From: Candidatus Hydrogenedens sp.
GTDB taxonomy: Bacteria; Hydrogenedentota; Hydrogenedentia; Hydrogenedentales; Hydrogenedentaceae
DNA: 64,000 nucleotides
Direction: 5' to 3'
Assembly: GCA_049968235.1 (NCBI GenBank)
Contig: JBMFRC010000006.1
Span: 96,001 to 160,000, forward strand
Shown here: positions 29,469-38,103 of the stretch, one piece after another
Layout: every line of letters starts with the position of its first letter
Numbering within the stretch: position 1 is the first letter of the stretch
The notes under the pieces: model-generated
Told to the model about the DNA's origin: nothing
What the model saw: the letters and a program-made list of their open reading frames with translations, nothing else
Database searches by the model: none
Translations under genes and position numbers: made by a program

Positions 29469-30782
29469 ATGCTTTCACAGACCCTAAAAATAACTTTCTT
29501 TTTTATTTTACTTCTTTGCTTGCTCTCCTTTCCTTATGCCTTTTCTGAACCTGTTTTCAAAGCAGGCTTTGCAATGGTAGATATTACCCCTCCTGCGGGC
29601 ATCCCAATGTGGGGGTATGGAGCAAGACATGATTTACCTTCCGAAGGTACAAAATATCCACTGAATTTCAAGGTTGTCGTATTTGATGATGGAACAAATC
29701 GTCTCGCTATTGGCGGATTGGATTTAGGTCGTTCACCTACACAATGGTCAATGGAAAAAATCACAGAACGCCTGAAAAAAGAATGTGGCGTTTCTTATGT
29801 CATGCTTGCCGGCTCACATACCCATCACGGACCTGTTATAGAACTAATAAATGAACCCAACTGTGGACAGGGTAAATTTGATAAAGCCATTCAATATGTT
29901 GACGAGCTCGAAAACAAGATTTGTACGGCAATATCCGAAGCAACAACAAGACTTATTCCCGCAAAAATTGGCTGGGCAAGTGAGCAAACTGACTTGAATC
30001 GCAATCGTGTATCAAAGAAACCGCAAAAAATGCGAGACCCGGAACTAACCATAATTCGGATAGATACAATAGATGGTAAACCTATTACAGCAATAATTAA
30101 TTTCTCTGCACACCCAGTACTCGATGATATATTTGACCGTCGCTGGAGTTCCGACTGGGCAGGTATTATGCAAAAAAGATTTGAAGAATTATTAAATGTC
30201 CCCTGTATATTCCTTCAAGGTTCCACAGGTGATATGTCGCCCAATACCAATGACCAACGAAAAGGAATGGTCGGATTTGGAAACGCTATCGGAGAATATT
30301 CCGCCGAACTTTATAAAAAAATATCAACAACTGTTCCTACACAACCACAAATACAATTCATATCTGAACGATTTACATACCCTTCCCGCATGGATACAAA
30401 CAATCCCCTCGTTATGGCTGTTTACAAACAAGGATTTTTCCCGGAACTTATCAACGCACTATTAAAAGAATTCTCCAATAACACTGTCTCCGTAACCTTA
30501 TCAACTGCCCTTATAAACAAAGAATTAGCACTTGTTGGTGGTTCCGGCGAATTCTTCTCTGGTCTTGCCATCCGTCTAAAAACCAATTCACCAGCAAAAA
30601 AGACAATATTCTTGGGATATTGCAACGGACATTCCCTTTACATCCCCACTGTAGAAGCGGTCGAAGAAGGTGGATACGGTGCCGACCCTATGTTTTCATG
30701 GGTCCCCCCAGGAACAGGTGAAAACCTAATAGACAAAGCCTGTGCAAACATCAAAGAAATGCTAACCCAAACTGCCAATTAA
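29469..30782 (+). CDS. Neutral/alkaline ceramidase-like hydrolase, secreted (putative)
   Basis: After a signal peptide the protein reads GFAMVDITPPAGIPMWGYGAR...GTNRLAIGGLDLGR, which resembles the N-terminal catalytic region of neutral ceramidases. The assignment is tentative. Confidence 0.5.
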   Translation: MLSQTLKITFFFILLLCLLSFPYAFSEPVFKAGFAMVDITPPAGIPMWGYGARHDLPSEGTKYPLNFKVVVFDDGTNRLAIGGLDLGRSPTQWSMEKITERLKKECGVSYVMLAGSHTHHGPVIELINEPNCGQGKFDKAIQYVDELENKICTAISEATTRLIPAKIGWASEQTDLNRNRVSKKPQKMRDPELTIIRIDTIDGKPITAIINFSAHPVLDDIFDRRWSSDWAGIMQKRFEELLNVPCIFLQGSTGDMSPNTNDQRKGMVGFGNAIGEYSAELYKKISTTVPTQPQIQFISERFTYPSRMDTNNPLVMAVYKQGFFPELINALLKEFSNNTVSVTLSTALINKELALVGGSGEFFSGLAIRLKTNSPAKKTIFLGYCNGHSLYIPTVEAVEEGGYGADPMFSWVPPGTGENLIDKACANIKEMLTQTAN

Positions 30783-31308
30783 TTTTACTTAGTTCGACAT
30801 TCAACAATCTCTAACAAAAAGCCCCATTTACATCCAGTAATTGTTTACACAATTAATAAATAAAACCTTATATCAAAACATCCCATTTTTTAAGCAGGGG
30901 CTTTTGGTATGCAAGCGTATTAATGTATAGGCGAAATTTTTTTGCCTCCCTCTCGGATAAATATTATTTTTTCATCGGGTATGTGAGAATATGCGTGTTG
31001 ATGCAATAAAAATGTCTGTATCACAATATTTTTTTATTCATTTATGCGTTTTTTAATTTATCTAGGACGGATTGATGTATATTTGCGTATTTATTAGTGC
31101 GAATGATTATTCGCCACTACATTTTTCTGTGTTCATGATAAATGCATCTTGTGGGAAATTCTATAAATTTGAATAGGGATTGCTGGTAAGGATTATATTG
31201 TTTTCGATAAGATAATCGAATAAAATTTATTAGATAGACAGAGGAAATAACATTAAAAGTCATAAAAAGAGGAATATATTAGGTCTCCACTAAGGGGATA
31301 AGTTTTAA

Positions 31309-31374
31309 TTATCCATTTTGTTATCTATCTGGTCGCATTATTTTTTCTATCTATCCAATTTTGTTATATCTATC
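31309..31374. repeat. Imperfect direct repeats (TATCCAtTTTGTTATCTATC / TATCCAaTTTTGTTATaTCTATC; three TATCTATC cores) inside a 680-bp noncoding region
   Basis: Read directly from the sequence. TATCTATC cores sit at about 31322, 31348 and 31367. Confidence 0.5.
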
Positions 31375-31403
31375 TCTCCTGTTTAACCCATTACAAAATA
31401 ATT

Positions 31404-31437
31404 AGCCCTTGTTGTTATTTTTTTTAGAACAAGGGCT
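31404..31437 (-). terminator. Rho-independent-type hairpin downstream of pntB
   Basis: AGCCCTTGTT, a 14-nt loop and AACAAGGGCT form a perfect 10-bp stem about 25 nt after the pntB stop. The flanks are T-rich. Confidence 0.55.
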
Positions 31438-31461
31438 ATGAAATTTTGCGATGATATATTA

Positions 31462-32880
31462 TTACTCTTGTGCTTCTTTGAATTGATTAATGATTGCTGT
31501 TAAGGTTTGTTTAGCGTCTCCAAAAATCATGCGTGTATTTTCTTTGAAGAAGAGCGGGTTTTCTACGCCGGAGAAACCGGAAGCAAGAGACCGCTTTAAG
31601 ACAAAACAGGTTTTGGCATAATCTACATTAATAATAGGCATTCCGTAGATGGCACTCTTGGGGTCTTCTCTTGCGGAGGGATTAACAACATCGTTTGCAC
31701 CGACTACGATACAAACATCTATCGTGTCAATTATCGGATTAATATCATCCATCTCCAGCAATTGGTCATAAGGGACATTGGCTTCTGCTAATAGGACATT
31801 CATGTGTCCTGGCATACGACCGGCAACAGGGTGAATGGCGTATTTTACTTCCGCTCCATTTTTTTCTAATAGGTCTGCTAATTCTTTTACTACATGTTGT
31901 GCTTGTGCAACTGCCATGCCATAGCCCGGAACAAAAACTACAGAACGAGCTGCTTCCAATACGAAATAGGCATCTTCAGGTGTTAATGCTTTCACTTCAC
32001 CGGTCACAGAAGTGCTCACTGCTCCTTCCGATGAACCAAAACCGCTGAACAGCACATTTGCAAGGGAACGGTTCATAGCTTTGCACATAATCGCTGTAAG
32101 GATAATACCACTGGCACCGACTAAGGAGCCTGCTACGATTAATACGGTGTTATTTAATACGAAACCGGAGGCACATGCTGCCATACCTGAATAACTGTTT
32201 AATAGACATATCACAACAGGCATATCTGCCCCGCCGATAGGGATGGTTACTAAAATACCAAGGATATTTGCTAATATCATTAGCAATATAACTGCGGGAT
32301 AAATTACAGTACCATTGGGACTTGCAAAGAAAAGGACTCCCATCAGGATGCCTAATCCTAATACAACAGCATTTACTAACTGTTGTCCCTTAAATAGGAT
32401 GGGCTTCCCTTGAATTTTTTCTTCTAACTTTGCGTAGGCAACCATACTTCCTGAGAATGTAACTCCACCAATCAGCATTGCTAAATAGGTGGCAAGTATT
32501 AAAACAATATTCTCAAGGCTATATTCACCATAACCTTTGCCGGTATAGGTAACATGGAAATCCGACCAACCAACTAACATACTGGCAAGTCCACCTGTTC
32601 CATTGAAAAATGCAACGAAGCCGGGCATGGAGGTCATCGGAACTTTAATTGCAGCAATGGCTCCAATAACAGTTCCGATAAGTCCACCGATTATTATCCA
32701 TTCGTAGGATTTAATTACCGGATTTACAAGCGTAACAGCAATAGCAAGGCACATTCCTAATCCGGAGATGATGTTTCCTTTAATGGCGGTTGTCGGTTTA
32801 CTGAGCATTTTCAGCCCAAGAATAAAAGTAACCGCCGATACCATATAGGCGACTTCAATTAATATTTTAATCTCGTTCAC
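31462..32880 (-). CDS. pntB: NAD(P) transhydrogenase subunit beta
   Basis: A polytopic N-terminal half is followed by a C-terminal NADP(H)-binding domain (GYGMAVAQAQH...VGANDVVNP). Confidence 0.9.
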   Translation of the reverse strand: MNEIKILIEVAYMVSAVTFILGLKMLSKPTTAIKGNIISGLGMCLAIAVTLVNPVIKSYEWIIIGGLIGTVIGAIAAIKVPMTSMPGFVAFFNGTGGLASMLVGWSDFHVTYTGKGYGEYSLENIVLILATYLAMLIGGVTFSGSMVAYAKLEEKIQGKPILFKGQQLVNAVVLGLGILMGVLFFASPNGTVIYPAVILLMILANILGILVTIPIGGADMPVVICLLNSYSGMAACASGFVLNNTVLIVAGSLVGASGIILTAIMCKAMNRSLANVLFSGFGSSEGAVSTSVTGEVKALTPEDAYFVLEAARSVVFVPGYGMAVAQAQHVVKELADLLEKNGAEVKYAIHPVAGRMPGHMNVLLAEANVPYDQLLEMDDINPIIDTIDVCIVVGANDVVNPSAREDPKSAIYGMPIINVDYAKTCFVLKRSLASGFSGVENPLFFKENTRMIFGDAKQTLTAIINQFKEAQE

Positions 32881-32882
32881 GG

Positions 32883-33374
32883 TTATTTCCTTTCCTTCCC
32901 TTTAAACATTCTTAACATTCTGTCTGTAACAAGATAACCACCTGCAACATTTATCATGGCACAAATCATTGCGATAACACCGATACCTATTAATAACACT
33001 GAATCTCTCCCCTGTCCTGCTGCCAGACAGGCACCGACAACTGTAATTCCTGATATAGCATTTGACCCGGACATAAGGGGCGTATGAAGTTGGGATGGAA
33101 CTTTGGTCAATATTTCCACTCCGAGAAATACCGCTATCAAAAAAGTAAATAGAAGTAATGTCATGGGGTTTAATGCCCTGGTACCGGGTGATGTTTGTTC
33201 TGTTGCACATTCCGTAGCAGTAATAGCGGGTATCATTCCTGTCCCTGCATTACTATCCGCTTTTACTTTTGTGAAACTTCCTAACAATAAAAGAGATAAG
33301 ATGGAAGCAAACACTACCAAACTTATCCATCCCATCAGTGGAATTTTATTTAGTTTTATTACATTTTTTTTCAT
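32883..33374 (-). CDS. pntA: NAD(P) transhydrogenase subunit alpha, part 2 (membrane)
   Basis: A small TM protein between pntA-I and pntB with an ATGA overlap with the upstream gene. Its N-terminus is longer than usual, so the true start may be internal. Confidence 0.7.
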   Translation of the reverse strand: MKKNVIKLNKIPLMGWISLVVFASILSLLLLGSFTKVKADSNAGTGMIPAITATECATEQTSPGTRALNPMTLLLFTFLIAVFLGVEILTKVPSQLHTPLMSGSNAISGITVVGACLAAGQGRDSVLLIGIGVIAMICAMINVAGGYLVTDRMLRMFKGKERK

Positions 33375-34504
33375 TGTGAACTCCTTGCCTTTTGTATTAA
33401 TTCATTTCTCAATTTGCCTTCATGAATTATCAAACATCCATTTAGAATTTCATCTTCTATTTTGTAATTGAACGATTTTGTTTCTTTATTCCAGAAATGT
33501 TCTATGAGATTCCCTAAATTAGCAGAATACATTTGACTTGCATGAACCGCCACGCGTCCCGGAAAATTCTCTGCTCCAATCACAATAACATTGTCTATTA
33601 TCACCTCTTCGCCGGGTTTTGAACCTTCGACATTTCCTCCCGTTTCTGCTGCAAGGTCTACAATAACACTGCCCGGCCTCATTGCTTTTATCATATCATT
33701 TGTAACCAATAGCGGAGCCTTCTTACCGAAAACCTGAGCGGTTGTTATTACAACATCAGACTGGGCTATAACTTTTTTCATGCCTTCCCGTTGTTTTTGT
33801 TTCTGTTCCTCTGTGAGTTCCAGTGCGTAACCATCTTTTGTTTGTCCGGTAGGTCCCACATCAATCTTCACAAATTTTGCCCCTAATGATAAGACCTGTT
33901 CTTCTACCACAGGTCTTGTATCGAATGCTTCCACTCGTGCACCTAATCGTTTTGCGGTGGCTATTGCCTGCAACCCAGCAACACCACAACCGATAATAAA
34001 AATGCGAATGGGCTTTAAAGTTCCCGCCGGTGTCATCATCATTGGAAATACCATCGGCAACCTATTTGCAGCAACTATAACCGCAACATAACCTGCTAAA
34101 TTTGCCTGTGAACTTAACGCATCCATCTTCTGGGCTAATGTGGTTCGTGGAATCATTTCCATCGAAATCGCGTTAACTTCACTTTTAATAAATTCATCCT
34201 GTATAGCAAAATCAAAGAAAGGTTCTAAATAACTAATATGCAAAGAACCTTTCTTTTGTAATTTAATTTCCTCGATAGGGGGTTTTCTTAATCGTAAAAC
34301 AATATCTGCGTTTTTCAATCCATCTTCACGTGATACCACCTTTGCACCTGCTTCAGTATATTGTGCATCTGAATAACCACAATTCCACCCCATATTGGAT
34401 TCAATACATACCTCTGCTCCCAACTTGACTAATTTTTTTACTGTATCGGGAACTATAGGTATGCGAGTCTCTTTAGAGTAGACTTCCTTTGGAATAAAAA
34501 TCAT
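33371..34504 (-). CDS. pntA: NAD(P) transhydrogenase subunit alpha, part 1 (AlaDH/PNT domain)
   Basis: The protein has an AlaDH/PNT N-domain and a Rossmann GxGxxG motif (IIGCGVAGLQA). Confidence 0.9.
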   Translation of the reverse strand: MIFIPKEVYSKETRIPIVPDTVKKLVKLGAEVCIESNMGWNCGYSDAQYTEAGAKVVSREDGLKNADIVLRLRKPPIEEIKLQKKGSLHISYLEPFFDFAIQDEFIKSEVNAISMEMIPRTTLAQKMDALSSQANLAGYVAVIVAANRLPMVFPMMMTPAGTLKPIRIFIIGCGVAGLQAIATAKRLGARVEAFDTRPVVEEQVLSLGAKFVKIDVGPTGQTKDGYALELTEEQKQKQREGMKKVIAQSDVVITTAQVFGKKAPLLVTNDMIKAMRPGSVIVDLAAETGGNVEGSKPGEEVIIDNVIVIGAENFPGRVAVHASQMYSANLGNLIEHFWNKETKSFNYKIEDEILNGCLIIHEGKLRNELIQKARSSQ

Positions 34505-34674
34505 AAAAATACCCTCTCAATCATTTAATTATTCGTTTGAAAAAGAATTTATCTTTTTACCAAATTAAATATAGTATAAGAGAACGTGAGTAAAAAGTTC
34601 AACTTATCAAGCAATATACTTACCATTAAATAATTAGAAATAATACAATGATTTTTAAAAAATTAAAAAATACT

Positions 34675-34704
34675 TGACAAACTACTATATATTGTGCTAC
34701 TATA
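34675..34704 (+). promoter_or_regulatory. Candidate sigma70-like promoter (TTGACA - 18 nt - TACTAT) in the pntA / LPS-kinase divergent intergenic region
   Basis: Hexamers read by eye. The direction and the gene served are uncertain. Confidence 0.2.
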
Positions 34705-34868
34705 TATTTGGTGTTTGGGAATTGCGTATGCCCGATTCCTCAGACCAGCCCAAAACTTCAATATAAAAATTGAATATGAATTTTCCTCTTGCGCCTACAG
34801 AGCAATTTCTCAGACACCCCCCGCAAATATAGCGGCAGGAAGCCCAAACCTGCCGCTCCTCCCTTTCA

Positions 34869-35756
34869 ATGTTTCTCTTTTTTATTTCCATGTATGTGTT
34901 TTATAATTTATTATTCTTTTATTACTTACAAATGAGATGTAATAACAATATGCCTATACAATTACCTGCTGTTTATAAAATATTTTCAAATAACATGGGG
35001 CATATAGTTTTAAGAGAAGATTTATCCCATGACCTAATTGAAATACTATCTGCATTATTATCTAATTCTACACCGGACAAATTAATCCTTTTATCGGGTG
35101 GCAGAAATAATGTATTCTTATACAATTTCAATACTCACTTTTCCATTTTGATAAAGCAATATTCGCATGGTGGCATCTATAGAAATATTTTTCCCCGATA
35201 TTATTTTTTTTCTAATCGTTTTTTGAATGAATTTTATATGTATATAAATATATTAAAAAATAATTTATCTGTGCCTGAATATCTTGGGGGATTTTGGTCA
35301 AAAAAATTTGGACTTTACAAGTGTGGAATAATCACGAAGTACATCCCGTATACATATACATTAGACGAATATTTAAATAATAATTTCTATTCAATTGAAG
35401 AAAAATATGACATATTAATCAAATGTGGAAAAATTATTAAGAATATGCACGATATAGGAATTTTTCATAATGATTTACAAATTCGAAATTTATTAATCAG
35501 TTCTACAGAAAAATCTGTTTATATAATTGATTTTGACAATGCAAAAAAGGTATCCACATTAAATAGTTATTATTGTTCACAAAATTTATTACGATTAAAA
35601 CGCTCTTTTCTAAAAAGGGGTATCAGTACAGAATTTTTTAATATCCTGTTAAATGGTTATGGTATTTCTCATCTCTCTTTCCTTGCAGAAGTCTTTTCAT
35701 TTCCTCATATACAATGGATAAATTATAAAAATCGTTATATTAATAAAAACAAATAG
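34869..35756 (+). CDS. Kdo/WaaP-family lipopolysaccharide kinase-like protein (protein-kinase-like fold), copy 1
   Basis: Catalytic-loop and DFG-like segments are present: IFHNDLQIRNLLI ... YIIDFDNAK. An alternative start at the ATG at 34950 would remove the hydrophobic N-terminal 27 aa. Confidence 0.65.
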   Translation: MFLFFISMYVFYNLLFFYYLQMRCNNNMPIQLPAVYKIFSNNMGHIVLREDLSHDLIEILSALLSNSTPDKLILLSGGRNNVFLYNFNTHFSILIKQYSHGGIYRNIFPRYYFFSNRFLNEFYMYINILKNNLSVPEYLGGFWSKKFGLYKCGIITKYIPYTYTLDEYLNNNFYSIEEKYDILIKCGKIIKNMHDIGIFHNDLQIRNLLISSTEKSVYIIDFDNAKKVSTLNSYYCSQNLLRLKRSFLKRGISTEFFNILLNGYGISHLSFLAEVFSFPHIQWINYKNRYINKNK

Positions 35757-35762
35757 ATAATA

Positions 35763-36542
35763 ATGAAATACAGTAAGAAATCAAAATATCATATTTGGTC
35801 AAATGAAGATAACTTTGACCCAGATGTTTTTTTGACTGAAATATTCAATACAGGAAAAGTATTAAAAGAAACAGATAAAACTTCTTCTCTCCAATGGTAT
35901 TCTTACTTTGTAAAAAAGACAAACTATTCTCTTTCTGAAGGGATATTCAGGCATCTCTTTTTATCAAGCCGTTGTAGAAGTGCATGGAATATTAGCAACT
36001 ACTTAATAGATAATCATATACCTACACCAAAACCTGTTGCATATCTTGAATTGTTAAAATATTCATTACCTTATCAGCATTTTTTCATTTCAGAATATCT
36101 ACGCGGTAGTTATAATATTGAGGTATTCATTAGAGATGGTATTTATTTGAGTAAAGGTATAACATTAGAATACTTCTTTGAGATAATGAAAAGATTTCTT
36201 ATTCTTTTGTGGGATAAAGGAGTATATCATAAAGACCTATCTGGTAAAAATCTATTGACAATGGAAGGAGAACCTATATATTTAATTGATTTAGATGCTA
36301 CCTATTTGATAAATCATTTTGCGATAAAATATAAAATAAGGAATTTAACACAGATTTATGATTCCTTCTGTGATTTCGTTAATGAAAAAATACTGAAAGA
36401 TTTCATTTTCACAATGCTTGATGATTTATCATTAAAGGAAATAAAGATAATCTATACTAAGATACAACAACTCCAGAAGCAACGAAGAAACCAACATTTA
36501 AGGAATATTCAGCGGTATAATAAAAAGGATAATTTATCATAA
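35763..36542 (+). CDS. Kdo/WaaP-family lipopolysaccharide kinase-like protein, copy 2 (divergent paralogue)
   Basis: The protein contains VYHKDLSGKNLLT ... YLIDLDATY. It starts 7 nt after copy 1. Confidence 0.65.
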   Translation: MKYSKKSKYHIWSNEDNFDPDVFLTEIFNTGKVLKETDKTSSLQWYSYFVKKTNYSLSEGIFRHLFLSSRCRSAWNISNYLIDNHIPTPKPVAYLELLKYSLPYQHFFISEYLRGSYNIEVFIRDGIYLSKGITLEYFFEIMKRFLILLWDKGVYHKDLSGKNLLTMEGEPIYLIDLDATYLINHFAIKYKIRNLTQIYDSFCDFVNEKILKDFIFTMLDDLSLKEIKIIYTKIQQLQKQRRNQHLRNIQRYNKKDNLS

Positions 36543-37810
36543 TGGAAAAAGAGAATGAAATTACAAAATTAGATTGGCTGGACGACAATATCCGGAATTA
36601 CATTCAATCCATATATCGAGTTCAGCACTTTTATTCAAATTTAACGGATATTGAACAACTTATTGTAATTATTACAGAAGAATGTAAAAAAGCATGTAAT
36701 GCGGAAGCAGGTTCTTTACTACTCTATGATGAGAAAAAGGAAGAACTCTTTTTTCAGGTAACTTTAGGTCCGGTGGGTTCTGAAATAGTAAAGAAAGAAA
36801 TTCGCATACCTGTAAACTGTGGTATTGCCGGGGAAGTTGCAAGAACAAAAAGACCTTTGATTGTTAATGATGTCAAAAACGATTCTCGTTTTTTCCCGGG
36901 GGTAGACATAGCAACTCAGTTTTCGACACGGAATATTCTTGCAGTCCCATTGATTGACCGCCAACGATTAATTGGCGTTATTGAGATGGTTAATAAAATA
37001 GGTAATGCACCCTTTTCGCATGAAGACCTCCGTTTCCTGGAAATATTAGCATCATGGGCTGCTTCTGCTGTTGTAAGTTCACAATTAATACAAGAGAAAT
37101 TACAGGCGGAACGATTTGCTACAATAGGTTATACATTAACCGCATTAGCACATCATTTGAAGAATATACTTACGGGAATGTTAACCAGCACAGAACTTAT
37201 CGAAAAATCATTGAACCAAAAAAATTATGAGGTTGTTCATAAAGCCTGGCCTGTCCTTAAAAGGACTTCCCTTTATGTTTTTGAGTTTGTCAAAGATTTA
37301 TTATTATTTTCAAAATCTCGAACCCCACAAAAAGTATATTGTCATTTAGAAGATATAACCAATAAGGTATCCGAATTTTTTTTCGACCTTTTTTCAAACC
37401 GTCAAATCGAACTCATCATTGATATTTCTCGGGTGAAGGACAAAGTATTCCTTGACCCCAACGGCATTATTCATTGTTTAACCAACTTACTTCTAAATTC
37501 TGGTGAAGCAGTTCCAGAAAAGAAAGGAGTTGTAAAAATTGAAGGGGAATTGTCTCAAAACAAAGATTTGATTATTACAGTATCTGATAATGGAAAAGGA
37601 ATTCCATCGGAAGATATTGAACATATTTTTGAACCGTTTTTTACAACAAAGGGTTATCGGGGAACTGGTTTAGGTTTGTCTGTTACCCAAAAGATAGTAG
37701 AGGAACATGGCGGTAGAATTAAGGTTGTTAGCGAAAAGGACAAAGGAACAAAATTTATTATTACACTTCCCCAGACAAATACAGAAATAAATAGAAAGGA
37801 GACAACTTAA
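36542..37810 (+). CDS. GAF-domain sensor histidine kinase (orphan; no response regulator nearby)
   Basis: A GAF domain in the N-terminal half is followed by an H-box (LTALAHHLKN) and HATPase G-boxes (DNGKGIP, GTGLGLSV). Its start overlaps the stop of the upstream kinase gene. Confidence 0.8.
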   Translation: MEKENEITKLDWLDDNIRNYIQSIYRVQHFYSNLTDIEQLIVIITEECKKACNAEAGSLLLYDEKKEELFFQVTLGPVGSEIVKKEIRIPVNCGIAGEVARTKRPLIVNDVKNDSRFFPGVDIATQFSTRNILAVPLIDRQRLIGVIEMVNKIGNAPFSHEDLRFLEILASWAASAVVSSQLIQEKLQAERFATIGYTLTALAHHLKNILTGMLTSTELIEKSLNQKNYEVVHKAWPVLKRTSLYVFEFVKDLLLFSKSRTPQKVYCHLEDITNKVSEFFFDLFSNRQIELIIDISRVKDKVFLDPNGIIHCLTNLLLNSGEAVPEKKGVVKIEGELSQNKDLIITVSDNGKGIPSEDIEHIFEPFFTTKGYRGTGLGLSVTQKIVEEHGGRIKVVSEKDKGTKFIITLPQTNTEINRKETT

Positions 37811-37813
37811 GCA

Positions 37814-38080
37814 ATGAAACAATTTAAAAACCTTGAATCAGTAGGATGGATTTTCTGGGCGGTTTGTAGTGTTTTATTACTTGTTCCGAATTACTTTCTC
37901 TCTGGGTTACTGCTGTATGATAACTCCCTTGGTGCTTATATAGGTTTCACTATAGGAATGTCTGCTGTTATAGGTGCCGTTATTGCATGGGTTGTCAACG
38001 AAATTCTTTATAGGATAAATCTTGCAAAATACAAAGAAACAAAGAAGAGAGAAAGAAAAAAGAAAAAGAAAGCCAGTTAA
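37814..38080 (+). CDS. Small membrane protein with Lys/Arg-rich C-terminal tail
   Basis: An 88-aa protein with two TM helices followed by KETKKRERKKKKKAS. It starts 4 nt after the HK gene. Confidence 0.45.
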   Translation: MKQFKNLESVGWIFWAVCSVLLLVPNYFLSGLLLYDNSLGAYIGFTIGMSAVIGAVIAWVVNEILYRINLAKYKETKKRERKKKKKAS

Positions 38081-38103
38081 ATGGTTTATTTTGGAGAACA
38101 GCC

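Noticed and set aside
33103-33471. 122-aa plus-strand ORF across the pntA-I/pntA-II junction
   Set aside because: It is antisense to two well-conserved transhydrogenase genes, so it is spurious.
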